From the NCBI RefSeq assembly GCF_009914755.1, contig NC_060942.1: a stretch of 64,000 bases of DNA, one strand, 5' to 3'. The position numbers and the translations under genes are program-made. This stretch comes from the human T2T-CHM13v2.0 reference genome, Homo sapiens. Positions 1-11,609 of this stretch are shown here, one piece after another. The notes under the pieces are model-generated. The model was not told where the DNA came from, searched no databases, and was given only the letters and a program-made list of their open reading frames with translations. The stretch's first letter is position 1. Every line of letters starts with the position of its first letter.

Positions 1-28
1 TTACAGGCATGAGCCACCGTGCCTGGCC
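1..28 (-). mobile_element. 5' end of an Alu (rest lies outside the window)
   Basis: ttacaggcatgagccaccgtgcctggcc is the reverse complement of the Alu start. Confidence 0.9.
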
Positions 29-687
29 GAGACTAAGGATTTTTAATACAAACCTTACACAAATCACAGCTAGCCTTTAGAAAGCTGATTCTGGAGGCAA
101 AGAATGGCTAAGCACCACAGAGAGGAAATCTGTTAGGAAATGAAGGATACAGTTCATACCAGAGGCAACTGGGGCCTGAAATAAGGTAGTGGTGAAGACA
201 AAGAAAAAGAGAAAGAAGTGTTATTATCCTCGGGATGTTGCAGTCATTAACTGCCATGCTGATTAAGGAGGAAGAAGAGGATTAGAAGGCTGGGTAATGA
301 ATTCAGTCTTCCTTCTAAACCTCAGGACCATCTGTGTGAAAATTCAGCACCAGCTAGAAGAGAGAGCTGAATCTCAAAACAGGATCTGACCAAAAGTTGA
401 AGATCGAGAAGTCGTGGATACAGATGAGATTGTCAAGCAAGAAAGCACAGAAAGCAAGAAAAATAAAATGAAGGAGAGAACATTAGAGAAAGTGTACATT
501 TAGGAGTAAGAAAAAGACACAGTACGGTCATGAGAGAAATGGGAGTAATAACACAGAAGCCAGACATGAACAGATGTTCAAGAAGGCAAGGTCATGGTAG
601 ATGCTACCTAAAGACTGCACAGAAAAATAATGAGAAATGGCCATCAGGTTTGTGGTTAGGAGTCTGAACAGATTTCTTCTTAGAAGG

Positions 688-1175
688 TGTGATAGGCTGA
701 ATAATGACCCCTAAAGATTTCAGGTTTGACTAAGTTAAGGATCTTGAAATCAGAAGATCATCCCAGATCATTTGGGTGGGTCCTAAATGCCATCACAGGT
801 ATCTTATAGGAAAGAGGCAGAGAGAGTGAGTTAATACAGAAGGGAGAAGGGAAGACAATGACCTCAGCAGAGAGAGAGATTTGAAGATGCTATGCTGTGG
901 ACTTTGAAGACAGAGGAAGAGGCCAAGTGCCAAGGAAGACAGATGGTCATTAGGAGCTGAAAGTGGCCAGGAATGCAGTTCTAGAGGCTGGGAAAGGCAA
1001 GGAAATGGATTCTTCCCTAGAATTCCCAGAGGGAATGTGGTCCTGATGACACCTTGGTTTCAGTCCAGTGAATGTGATTTTGGAATGCCAGCCTCAAGAA
1101 CTGTAAGACTGTAATTTACGTTGTTTTATCTCACCAACTTTGGTGATTTGTTACAGTGGTCTTAGGAAACTAATT
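688..1175 (+). mobile_element. MaLR solo LTR, MLT1C/D-like
   Basis: Starts tgtgataggctgaataatgacccc; contains tttgaagatgctatgctg and gacaccttggtttcag; ends ttgttacag..ggaaactaat. Confidence 0.8.
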
Positions 1176-1253
1176 GAGAAGGGAAGGTGAAAACACATTT
1201 TAAATACATGAAAAGAGAGTAAAACATGAAAAAAGTGAAGGTAATAAGCAGAA

Positions 1254-1459
1254 TATTAATTTCTCACTTTGTTGACAGGTTCTTGGAACCTGCAACTTTA
1301 AGCGAAATAACATGTAACAAAGCCATCTTTTTCTCTTCAACATTACAACAAAACAACATTAAACAACAAAAAAAATTATTTGAGGACCTGTTATATGTCA
1401 TTTTGCTTAAAGTTGCAGTTTCTAGGAGCTTACCAAAGAAGTTAAGTGAAAACTTAGTG
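1254..1459. mobile_element. TcMar-Tigger MITE, MER82-like, internally deleted, with long inverted arms
   Basis: ggttcttggaacctgcaactttaagcgaaataacatgtaaca (1278-1319) is near-complementary to tgttatatgtcattttgcttaaagttgcagtttctaggagct (1389-1430). Confidence 0.7.
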
Positions 1460-2721
1460 CATACATCATGATCTCAAGAGGGTTGGCAGCAACAGAATAA
1501 GAGAACTGAGACGGCTTAGAGAGAAATCAAGTTCAAAAGAAGAATTACTGTGCATGTGTGTTATTGTTTAGATTTGTGGACACTGGGATATATCTATAGG
1601 TTTAGAAGAAAGAATCCATGGAGAGTAGAACTCTGAAGATGCAAGAGCAATGAGATGATGCTTGATGAATCAAGGCATTTCAGGAAAAATGGAGAAATGG
1701 TAGGGTGCTAGACTTGGAAAAAAATAGGGAGCCATCCTGAGTTACGAGGAATACAAAACATCTGCACACCATTTACCTTAGCAGTCATTAGTATCTGTTC
1801 CAGGATTGTAAACTGACTTTAATGTTAGCCCAAGCGGAGCATAAATAGATAGGTTAGATCTGCTACATGACAAGACAGAGAGCTTCTCATTGACTTTTAC
1901 ATAATTCATTATTTAGGGTTGTTCATATTGCTATCCACCCCCCTCGGTGCTGGTATTATGGACTTAACCACACTTCCAAATGAGCGAAAAATAATATGAT
2001 CCATAAAAATACTGATAAGAGTAGTTAGAATAAAATGTGTTGGGATTATATTTTGAGTTCTAAGAGCTTCAAGCCTGGAAATTCATAATCAACTGTGCTT
2101 CAGAAGTACTCTATGTTCAAGGCAGTTATTTAAATCACCATCCTGAGTATTGCAGAGTACAGTATAGCACTATGGTTTTTAAGAAGCAGGCATGATTATG
2201 ACTCCAACAGTTGTGTTATCATCAGGGAAAATTCTACTCCAGCACTTTGCAAACTTATTAAGCAGAAGAACATGTCTCTTCAGCCTAACCCTTTCCAAAA
2301 ATTTCAAACAACTTCCTAACAAGTTATTTATCAGAAAATTCATTTCCTCACATGAAAAAAAATGATTGAACTGTTATTAGGTTATGTTGTAAAAGGATTG
2401 ATGCTTCCAAGAAACTGACAAATTAAACTCTCTGTCCATACTAGTAACTCATTGCTCTAAAGTAGTTCTGGGATTAAGGAAGCTATGATACAAACAACCT
2501 CAGGTGACCTGCACACTTGCCTGGGAGACTGACAGCATATAAGCACATGGTAGGGTGACAGAAGAAAAGAGGATTTCCCTCCTTCTGAATGGTCAGGCTA
2601 CTGTAGGATGAAAGGGAAAATAGGTATATACTGTGGTTTCCTGATGAGTGGCCACCCAAAGATGATTTAGGAGGAAGTCTTTCCCCTTAGAGAAGGCGTG
2701 GCAGCCAGAATCAAACAGACA

Positions 2722-3098
2722 CTGGGTTAGGCCGTTCTTGCATTGCTATAAAGAAATACCTAAGGCTGGGGAATTTCTAAAGAAAAGAGGTTTAATTGGC
2801 TCATGGTTCTGCAGGCCGTACAAGAAGCATAGCATTGGCATCTGCTTCTGGGGAGGCCTCAGGAAGCTGTTACTCATGAAAGAGGTGAATGAGGAGCAGG
2901 CATCTCACATAGTGGGAGCAGGAGCAAGAGAGACGTGGGGAGGTGTGAGAACTCACTCACTGTCATGAGAACAGCATTTAGCCATTCATGAGGGATTCGT
3001 CCCCATGACAAAATCACCTCCCACCAAGCCCCACCTCCAACATTGGGGATTATATTTCAACATGAGATCTGGGAGGCAACACAGATCCAACTTTACCA
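2722..3098 (-). mobile_element. MaLR solo LTR, MSTA/MSTB-like
   Basis: gttcttgcattgctataaagaaatacc...aagaggtttaattggctcatggttctgcagg...aaatcacctcccaccaagccccacctccaacattgggga. Confidence 0.85.
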
Positions 3099-3904
3099 TA
3101 CCATACTCTGCGCTTCTTTGCAGACAGGTGGTTCTTCTTAGCTGTTTCCTGCCAAGTTAATAGGTCAAGGTAAAAGCCTATAGTGGGAAATAGGATGACC
3201 ATGACACAGGTGGTTTGTCTCCTAAATCCATTATGGAGCTGAGAATGGGAGACAGCGGGAAGGTGCCATGTGTACATGAACCATGGATGGGCATTTTTTT
3301 CTTTCTAATAAATAAGAAGGGTCCTTAACCATCTCTGGAAAGATCCACATCAGTAGAAGCATTTACTGTCAATAAAAATGAACCTTAGGGTAACCCGAAA
3401 AGCAAGGTTTCCTATGAAAGTGTGAGTTTAAAGTGGTAGACAGATGGTGGTTACAGAGGGAACTCTCAGCTGATTTAAAGGGCCCCTCCTTCAACGTTAG
3501 ACAGGGGAGCCCCCAAGAAGAGTAGCAGAGGTGGTAAGAAAGATGGGCAACTTGGTACAACAGTGGGCAAATAATGGAGTTCACAAATACTGCCCAGGGC
3601 TTGCAGAGGGAGCTGTTTGGGAGAGTGGCACTCCTTGGTTGCATCCATATGTGTGAGGCTAAACAAGGCAAAAATAGGAAGAAGCCTAGATTACTCTACA
3701 CAAAGACCTCCCAGATCATATTTGTCTTGAACTGTCAATGCCGCCCAGTCAAACAAAAAATAAAAAATAAAAATAAAAACAAAAACAAAAACCTCTCACA
3801 GGATGGGGACTTAGTTTGATAAATTCACTAAAGGGCAAAAGCAATGTACCTTCCTTTGTAATTTATCCTCTCTTCCTCACTTTCATTGCCCAAATTTAGG
3901 ATTT

Positions 3905-4350
3905 TCTTTCATCCATTCATTGATCCAAAAAATATTTATTGAATATCTACCATGTGTCTCATGCTATGCAGGTGCTGGGGATACAATAAGTAAGCCATAC
4001 CATGTCCTTACCTTCAGGAGGCATATAGTCTAGTGGAGAAGGCAAACGTTAAACAAATAATTACAGACCCACATCAATATAAACTTTCAAATTGGGAAAA
4101 ATAGAACACAATACTGGGGACATATAATTTAATTTGGGGGGATCTGAGAAGGCAAAGAAATGTTACTGCAGCTAGAGGATGGGAACGAATCCAAGAGGTG
4201 AAGAGGAGGAAAGTGGTTTCCAAACACAGTGAACAGCCTGTGAAAGAGCCTGAGAACAGAAAGAGCTTGGCATATTCTAGGAACTAAAAGATGGCCATTG
4301 GGTCTACAGCACAGTCAGCCAGAACAGGAGTGGCACAAGGCCAGGCTGGA
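3905..4350 (-). mobile_element. L2 LINE 3' fragment
   Basis: cattcatt...aaatatttattgaatatctaccatgtg...ggtgctggggataca is the typical reverse complement of the L2 3' end. Confidence 0.65.
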
Positions 4351-5999
4351 GGAGTGTGGGTACCACAAGGGGATGCCAAAAGCCACAGACACACCCTCAG
4401 ATGCAAGTAAAGCAGCCCTTTGAGAAGTTACCCTTCAGCCCTTCTCGGCAGATCTTTACTCTCCCACTTGGCTGTTCTGGCTATGTGCTGGTCTGCTGGC
4501 CTAGCGCAGCCAGATAGAAGTCAATAATCGACCATATAAGATGATATCAGATGACTGAATTAGCCAACAATGTAGAATGGGGAAGACCGGGGAAATATCG
4601 AGCCTGGGAGAAGAATATAAAGTTCAGATTTTGATACATTAATTTGAAATGACTGTGAGACATCCAGGTAACAAGTCTGACATTTAAATTTGAAGCTCAG
4701 AAAAGCAGAAAAGAGGTCTGGGCTAAAGCTATGAATCTGAGCGTCATGGCAATCAACAAGCAATAAAAACTAACTCTGGCTAACTTCAGCAGAAAAGAAA
4801 TGCATTGAATGGATGTTGGACAGCTCACAGAATTTCCAAGATGTCTGGAGAAACAGACTCAGAAAATAAGCAGAAACTACAGAATGCTGGTTGGCCAAGA
4901 ACACAGTGAAAATCACACCATCGGAACCCTCTGGTGAGATCATGGCAGCCATCACTGCTGGCCCTAGACACTGCCCATGGCCACTGGCACCACAGGCCTG
5001 GCTGCCCCTAGAATATGAATGCTGCTTATTTACCCTCAGATGAACTCTCTATGCTCCATGCTTCTTTGATTTACCAACCTTCAATTCAAACCAAGTTACC
5101 AGTATATTATTTGCTAAGTCTACCTGCCCATATTCCAACTGCTGATAGAAAGGATAAAATCAAGTATCAAGAATATTTATCTTGGATAGAGAAAAGGAGC
5201 CTACGGGAATGTATAAGATCACTTAGTGAGCAAGTGAGAAAGGAAAAGGATAGGATGGAAAGAAATGAGAATGAAATGGAAGAAATGAAGGTTAGGGAGT
5301 TTGCAGGGAAAAGCCTTGGTCCAAGCTTTGAGAAACTCTAGCATAGAGTTTCACCTGAGTAAGAGTTGTCAAGGCCTATTCTGTGATAATACACTTCAGC
5401 TCAAGTCTACCTAGCATTTTAACTTGAAAATAAGTCAGAAATAAAGATGGTATCCCTCCTTTGGGAGTACACTTGATTTTTAACAAGTGAGTCTTGAAGT
5501 GAATTTAAGAATCACATTATAAATCTGACCCCTTAAGATGGCATTTTCCATGTGACCTTACCCACTCTGAAGCCAACTCTAATTGGATATGCTCCTAGGG
5601 TTGTTAAACTATCCAAAGTTACAACAGCACACAAAAAAAGAACTGATAGAGTTTTATATAAAAATTAATTGAAATACCATATGCATTGCCTGGATGTATT
5701 TCTTCAGTATTCTTAACTGACCTGTGACTCTCTGAGTAATTACCTGCAGATCTTTAAACTTGGCGAGAATTGAATCAAACGCAAATAAAAAGACATGTTA
5801 CATCTTTTGTGTTAGGAATAAAACGGAGACTAATACCCTTTGAGAAAAATAACTTGGACATTATGATGATGGTTATTATGGCAAGAAAAAAAAAGTGTGT
5901 GGGGATATGGTACCAAGAAAATATACTTTTCCCATATAGTCTCACTATTAGAAATAGATCCCATTCAAATTCCTTTTCTTTAGGAAAAAAAAAGTCTAC

Positions 6000-6355
6000 A
6001 TATCTTAGTCCATTTTGTGCTGCTGTAACAGAATCTCTGAGACTGGGTAATTTGAAATGAACAGAAATGTATTGGCTCTCAGTGCTAGAGGCGGGTGAGT
6101 CCAGGATCCAGGCACCAGCATGAGGTGTGGTGAGTGCCCTTTGCTGCGTCCTTTCTGGCAGGAGGTGGAAAGGCAAGAGGGCAAGAGAACGAATCCACTT
6201 CCACGAGCACTTTTAATAACAGCATGAATCTACTCACAAGGGTAGAGCCCTCAAGAGCTAAACGCGTCCCAATTAGGCCCCACCTCCTTATATCATCACA
6301 TTGGAGATTGAATTTTCATTCCCCTAGAATCTAGGGGACACATTCAAACCATAGT
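6000..6355 (-). mobile_element. MaLR solo LTR, MSTC/MSTD/MLT1A-like
   Basis: tcttagtccattttgtgctgctgtaacagaat...ggggacacattcaaaccatagta. Confidence 0.8.
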
Positions 6356-6634
6356 ACTGCATACGTCCTCCCCTTCCCCACTCCAGGACTTTGAATGCTT
6401 GATCAAAAACACGGAGGGGAGGGAGTTTTTTTAATCATTCATGATCTCTTCAGCTAATTCTTGGTTCTAAAGAAGTGGTTTTCCAACTGGGTATGTAGGA
6501 TCCCCAGATTTCCACATACAGGCTTTAGGAAGCATCACAGAAAATAGAGGAGACCCATTAGGCATGGCTCAAGACTCCTGGCACTGCTCTGATTTTATGT
6601 TTTCTACATCTGTTCTGTGGTGTTAAAAGCTTAA

Positions 6635-6932
<298 letters not shown>

Positions 6933-7109
6933 TGAATAACAGAGTTTTCTGAAAAGCCCCTAAGTATTAATTTTAGGACCCCTGACATGAAGGATACTAG
7001 GATCCCTACGAACCAAAATGCTTTTGAAGAGGAAGGAGGTCTTTGCCTCTACCACACACCTAAAAGACTGGCCCACCCAGGATGTGGGCCTGCAGATGAG
7101 CCTCAGATC

Positions 7110-7298
7110 TAGGGCTGCCAGATTTAGCAAGTAAAAGTAAAGAATGTTCGGTTAAATTTGAATTTCAGAAAAATAACATAAAAATTTCACATAAGTATAT
7201 CTATGCAATGCTTGGGATTCATTTATCCTGAAAAATTATTTCTTGTTTATCTGAAATCCAAATTCATCTGCGAATCCTGTAGCTTATCTGGCAATCTC
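7110..7298. mobile_element. MER53 hAT MITE (palindromic; source family of miR-1302)
   Basis: TIRs tagggctgccagatttagcaa / ttatctggcaatctc; internal arms aaatttgaatttcaga / tctgaaatccaaatt. Confidence 0.85.
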
Positions 7299-7844
7299 AC
7301 TCAAGTCAGACTAGAGCATGTGGTGACTACATAAACACAAGTGTCAAAGTTCACCTTACACTTATGGGTATGTTTACTATTCCGGAAGTTCTACCTAGGG
7401 GCTAGGACCAAAAGCCTGGGTGGTGCTTCTAAAGTCCAGCACAGACAAATATTCCTGTGGATGCCCTGATACCCATTTCGACTCCAGCCTGTCTGATTTA
7501 GTTATCACAGCATCTCAGTCACTGACTGAAACCTTGCTGATCTGCCTGGTGTTGCTTTCTCCAGGTCCATCAGCTCCCAACATGGCCAGGTGCTGAGCCT
7601 CAAATGGACTCCTACGTCATTTCACTCCTTCATGGTCATTACCTAGATATAAATAGGAATCCTCAACTCCATGAGCCACAGAGCCTGATCTCCAAAACTT
7701 GGACCACTTAAGAACCCCAAGATTTATCACCACTCCAGAACCTGAGACGAATTCTATCTATACTCAGGTAATTGTTTAATAACCCCAAAGAAGCTCAGCA
7801 TGATCTGACTTAAGGCTGATCACTCTCTGACCTTGTTCTAAAAT

Positions 7845-8110
7845 AGCACTTCCTCAGCGGGGACCTCCCTAGCCTCACTATGTATAGTTGCACACACACC
7901 TCCATATACAGAACTTACTCTCCTTCTCTGTTTATCTCAACAGCACTTATCACCATTTAAAATATCAAATATTTCACTTATTTCTCTTGTTTATTTTCTG
8001 TCTCTCACCTCCATAATGTCAGCCTCACAGGAGACTCATTTTGTCTATTTTGTTCAGCGACTAAAGTCATGCCTGGTACAGGATAGATACTCAAAAATAT
8101 GTTTTGGGAA
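7845..8110 (+). mobile_element. L2 3' fragment
   Basis: cagcacttatcacc...ttttgtctattttgttca...tgcctggtacaggatagatactcaaaaatatg. Confidence 0.6.
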
Positions 8111-10207
8111 TATCGTATCTTTCTTCTAGTAGTTGGATTTCTAGAAGAGAGGTTATTATCTTGTTCTGCTGTGGTAGGTCTGTGCCTTGTTCAATATCTC
8201 TGCAAATCCAGCACTGGGAACCTACCTTCCTCCCCTCACCAAAGGCTTTCTAGGAATGTGCATTTTATTGTAGACATGAAAACCACACGGCCAGCTTGCT
8301 CGTACCTGCCATCAAAGCTTCTCCACCTGAACTTCCTGTCTACTTGAACTTCCCTCTGACACCAATGTTCAGATTCACCTGCTTCCTTTTTCCCTGCCTG
8401 TACCAGTTATAAAAGAGGGATGCACACCTTTCTTGTCGTCTTGAGATCAAAGGGGCAGCACTCCCACATGGTATAAAAAAGTCTCTCACTTTCTAGTCTT
8501 TGAGGACTCTACTCTGTGTATCAATGTCAGCAGGCTATCCATCCAGGCTAGGGTTCTGTGAATTAGGCAAATGTCTAGAACCTCGCATGATTCACAACTT
8601 TCGTACTAGAGAAATAAACTGACTTTAAAACGTAGACATCCTCACAGAGCAATAGATTGCATTTACACTTTGAGGGAATGTTACTGTCCTAAGAGCCTAT
8701 AACACAGAAAATGACCGTTAGATGGATAAAGGCAAAAATGATTATGGCATAGTCCTTCTATACTATATATTACAGTACAGTACTGACATTCTGGATCTCT
8801 TGCTTCTCAGGACCATTTTGTTGTTTTATACTGAGTAGCAAGACCTCTCTCATCTTGCACATATATGTTTATATACATATTTCATGTATCATATTACACA
8901 AAATAATGTTATAAATGGGTTTTTATGGGGTCTTTCAGTATCAGAAAGATCTTTGGTTAAGACCAACACTAAAAGAATCACACTGGTTCATTCTGAAAAA
9001 TTAGATGTCAAAAAATATAACAAAAACTTTATAGAACATCCATCTTGAGACAATCTAGAATTTTAATAAGCAACCTGTGCTTAATCTCCAGAAATTGTGC
9101 TATACAAAGGCGAGTGGCAATTCTTCTCAGATCATTAGTACTTCTGGTACCCAGTCTGATCAGGTTCAACAATCAACCACAAATGCCAAAATGTGTAAAC
9201 TGCAGAACTAGAGTGTGAGTTCCAGAATTTTGTCAAGTTTTATTGACTGCAATATCCCCATTGTCTAGAAGAGAGTAATCACTCAATAAATACTTTTGGA
9301 ACAGAAGAATATTGCTCTTGGTAGACAGGCATATTTTAGTTAGAGGTGATTTCAGATTTCCAAAGCTCCAAAGTTTGGAAATTTTTCAAAGATTTCCAGG
9401 GAAACTCTTCAAGTATGACTTGTGCTGTCCAGCAGCATCTTTGCCTTAAATAACCATTCAAAGGAAACCGCATTACTTGAGTTTCTGTAATTGTCAAGGC
9501 AAACTACAGAACCACAAAATAAATTTTGACTAATGTAGAGTTATGGGGAAACTAAACTTCCCGAGATATTAACTTTTATATGAGTTTATATGTTTGCTTA
9601 TTACTTCTATTAAGCTCTTTGTACAAAACTTAAACAAATGAAAAGGAAAATGAGGACATGTTTCCAATATCAAAATAAAAGCAATAAAAAAACTATCCAA
9701 GAGATAACTTCTACTCCTCCTAGATTTGCTGAAATTTGACAGTAGAAATTGATATTTTCAAATTACCAATTGTAAATACACATTTGATATTAATTTACTT
9801 AAGAAAAAATAAATAATCTGTTATTAAAGGTGAACATGTAATCATAAGTATCAGGCTAAAAATATTCCCATAGTACCTGGAATTATAGCCTTGAATTCAG
9901 CATAATTGAATTTACCTTTAATTCCTAAGAGGATTTAACTACTAAAAAGTTATAGCAGTCATTACATGTAAGTTATTCTTCAGTCTTAACCTTCAACATA
10001 ACATCATATCAAGGCTCCAAAACATTATATCAAAAAAAGTATTTTAGTGGCATCCTGAAAATGAAGATGAATTCCATCATCTATTATGTTTTCTACTCAG
10101 CAGTTTGCTAAGAAAAACAAAATAGAGGAAATAGGGGTTTAGGAGCCATAATTGTGACAGAACCTGCATTTGACTACCAAGTCCCTTTGTAAAAAGTTTC
10201 TACCTGA

Positions 10208-10440
10208 TGGGAATTGAACAATGAGAACACATGGACACAGGAAGGGGAACATCACACACCGGGGCCTGTTGTGTGGTGGGGGGGAGGGGGGAGGGATAGC
10301 ATTAGGAGATACACCTAATGCTAAATGACAAGTTAATGGGTGCAGCACACCAACATGGCACATGTATACATATGTAACAAACATGCACGTTGTGCACATG
10401 TACCCTAAAACTTAAAGTATAATAATAATAAAATAAAAAT
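10208..10440 (+). mobile_element. 5'-truncated L1PA (about PA4-PA5) 3' UTR
   Basis: tgggaattgaacaatgagaacacatggacacagg...gcacatgtaccctaaaacttaaagtataataat. Confidence 0.95.
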
Positions 10441-11111
10441 TGAACACACACACACACACACACACACATTTTCTCCTTTTAATGCTAATTTGAATAACTC
10501 AGCCAAACACTTAAAATATCAATAAATACTAATCTTTACCTGTATTTCTTACCACTTCCAAAGGTTATTTTAAAAATAAAATTGTAATGAATAAAAGTAA
10601 AAAAAAAACAAAAACAAAAACAAAAATTTGATAAATGGATAAATAACTCTATTACAACCAAAGAGAAGGAAAACTTTACTGGGAAGGAGATAACTTGAAA
10701 ATAATTTTATTCTGCTGTTTAAACTTTGTTGTAACAAATGTTTCAGTCGTAAAATGTAAAGAATTTTGTCAGGCATACTTGTGGGAGATGTATCAAACCT
10801 TAACATTTTGCCATTTTTCTATGGAGCCTGTTTTTTTGATTGCTGAAAGTGTGTATCCATGCACACTTTTTGTTATGCATGTTTCAAAGCTCTATATAAA
10901 TAACACTCTGTCTATATTGTTATAAAAGTTGCTTTTTGCCCTTGTCAGTATTCATGTTACATGTTATGTAACTTTAGTTCATTGTTTACTGCTTTATAGT
11001 ATGTCACTTAATTAGTATACCATAACATGTCCAGTCTCTCAATGATGGGCATTTATTTTCATATTTTTGTTATTAGAAACAATGCCGCAATAAATATTCT
11101 TATACATGTGG
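10441..11111 (+). other. L1 3'-transduced flanking DNA
   Basis: Lies between the L1 tail and a second poly(A) (11112-11120) with AATAAA at 11089-11094; 17-bp TSD aaaaagtttctacctga at 10191-10207 and 11116-11132 encloses both parts. Confidence 0.88.
10444..10468. repeat. (CA)n microsatellite
   Basis: acacacac... run. Confidence 0.95.
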
Positions 11112-11609
11112 AAAAAAAAAGTTTCTACCTGAAACAAAGCTAAGTTCAGAATTAGTGCACATAAAACTCATTGCCTATTAAGTTTTATATGTGCATATTT
11201 GTGCTACAGATGAAACAACCGGAAAACTATTGAAATGGCATCCATTAAAATATTTAATAATTTCTTCTGTTCAGAGTTACATCAAAATCTAGTCCCTTAG
11301 GTAACTGCCTTATTAGCAAATTGATGAACAACATTCTCTTGTAATGCAAATGTGTAATTCAAATTTTCCTATTTTCTCCATATATACTTTTATACATTCT
11401 TGAGTTTAAAATAATAGAGATTTTAATACCTTGTTATAAACATGATATTCTGAAAATCATGAAATTTGTTTTATGTTTTTAGATCTTTCATCTCTGTTTT
11501 ATAAAGAATTGCATGATCTCCTGGCAACATTTGATTAATAATTTAATACTAGGCATGTTCTAGCCTCCCAGGGAACCCAGATAATAGAGTCTAATAAATT
11601 TGGGAAATC

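Noticed and set aside
5015-5341. 108-aa ORF
   Set aside because: Low-complexity purine-rich relic sequence with no homology recognised
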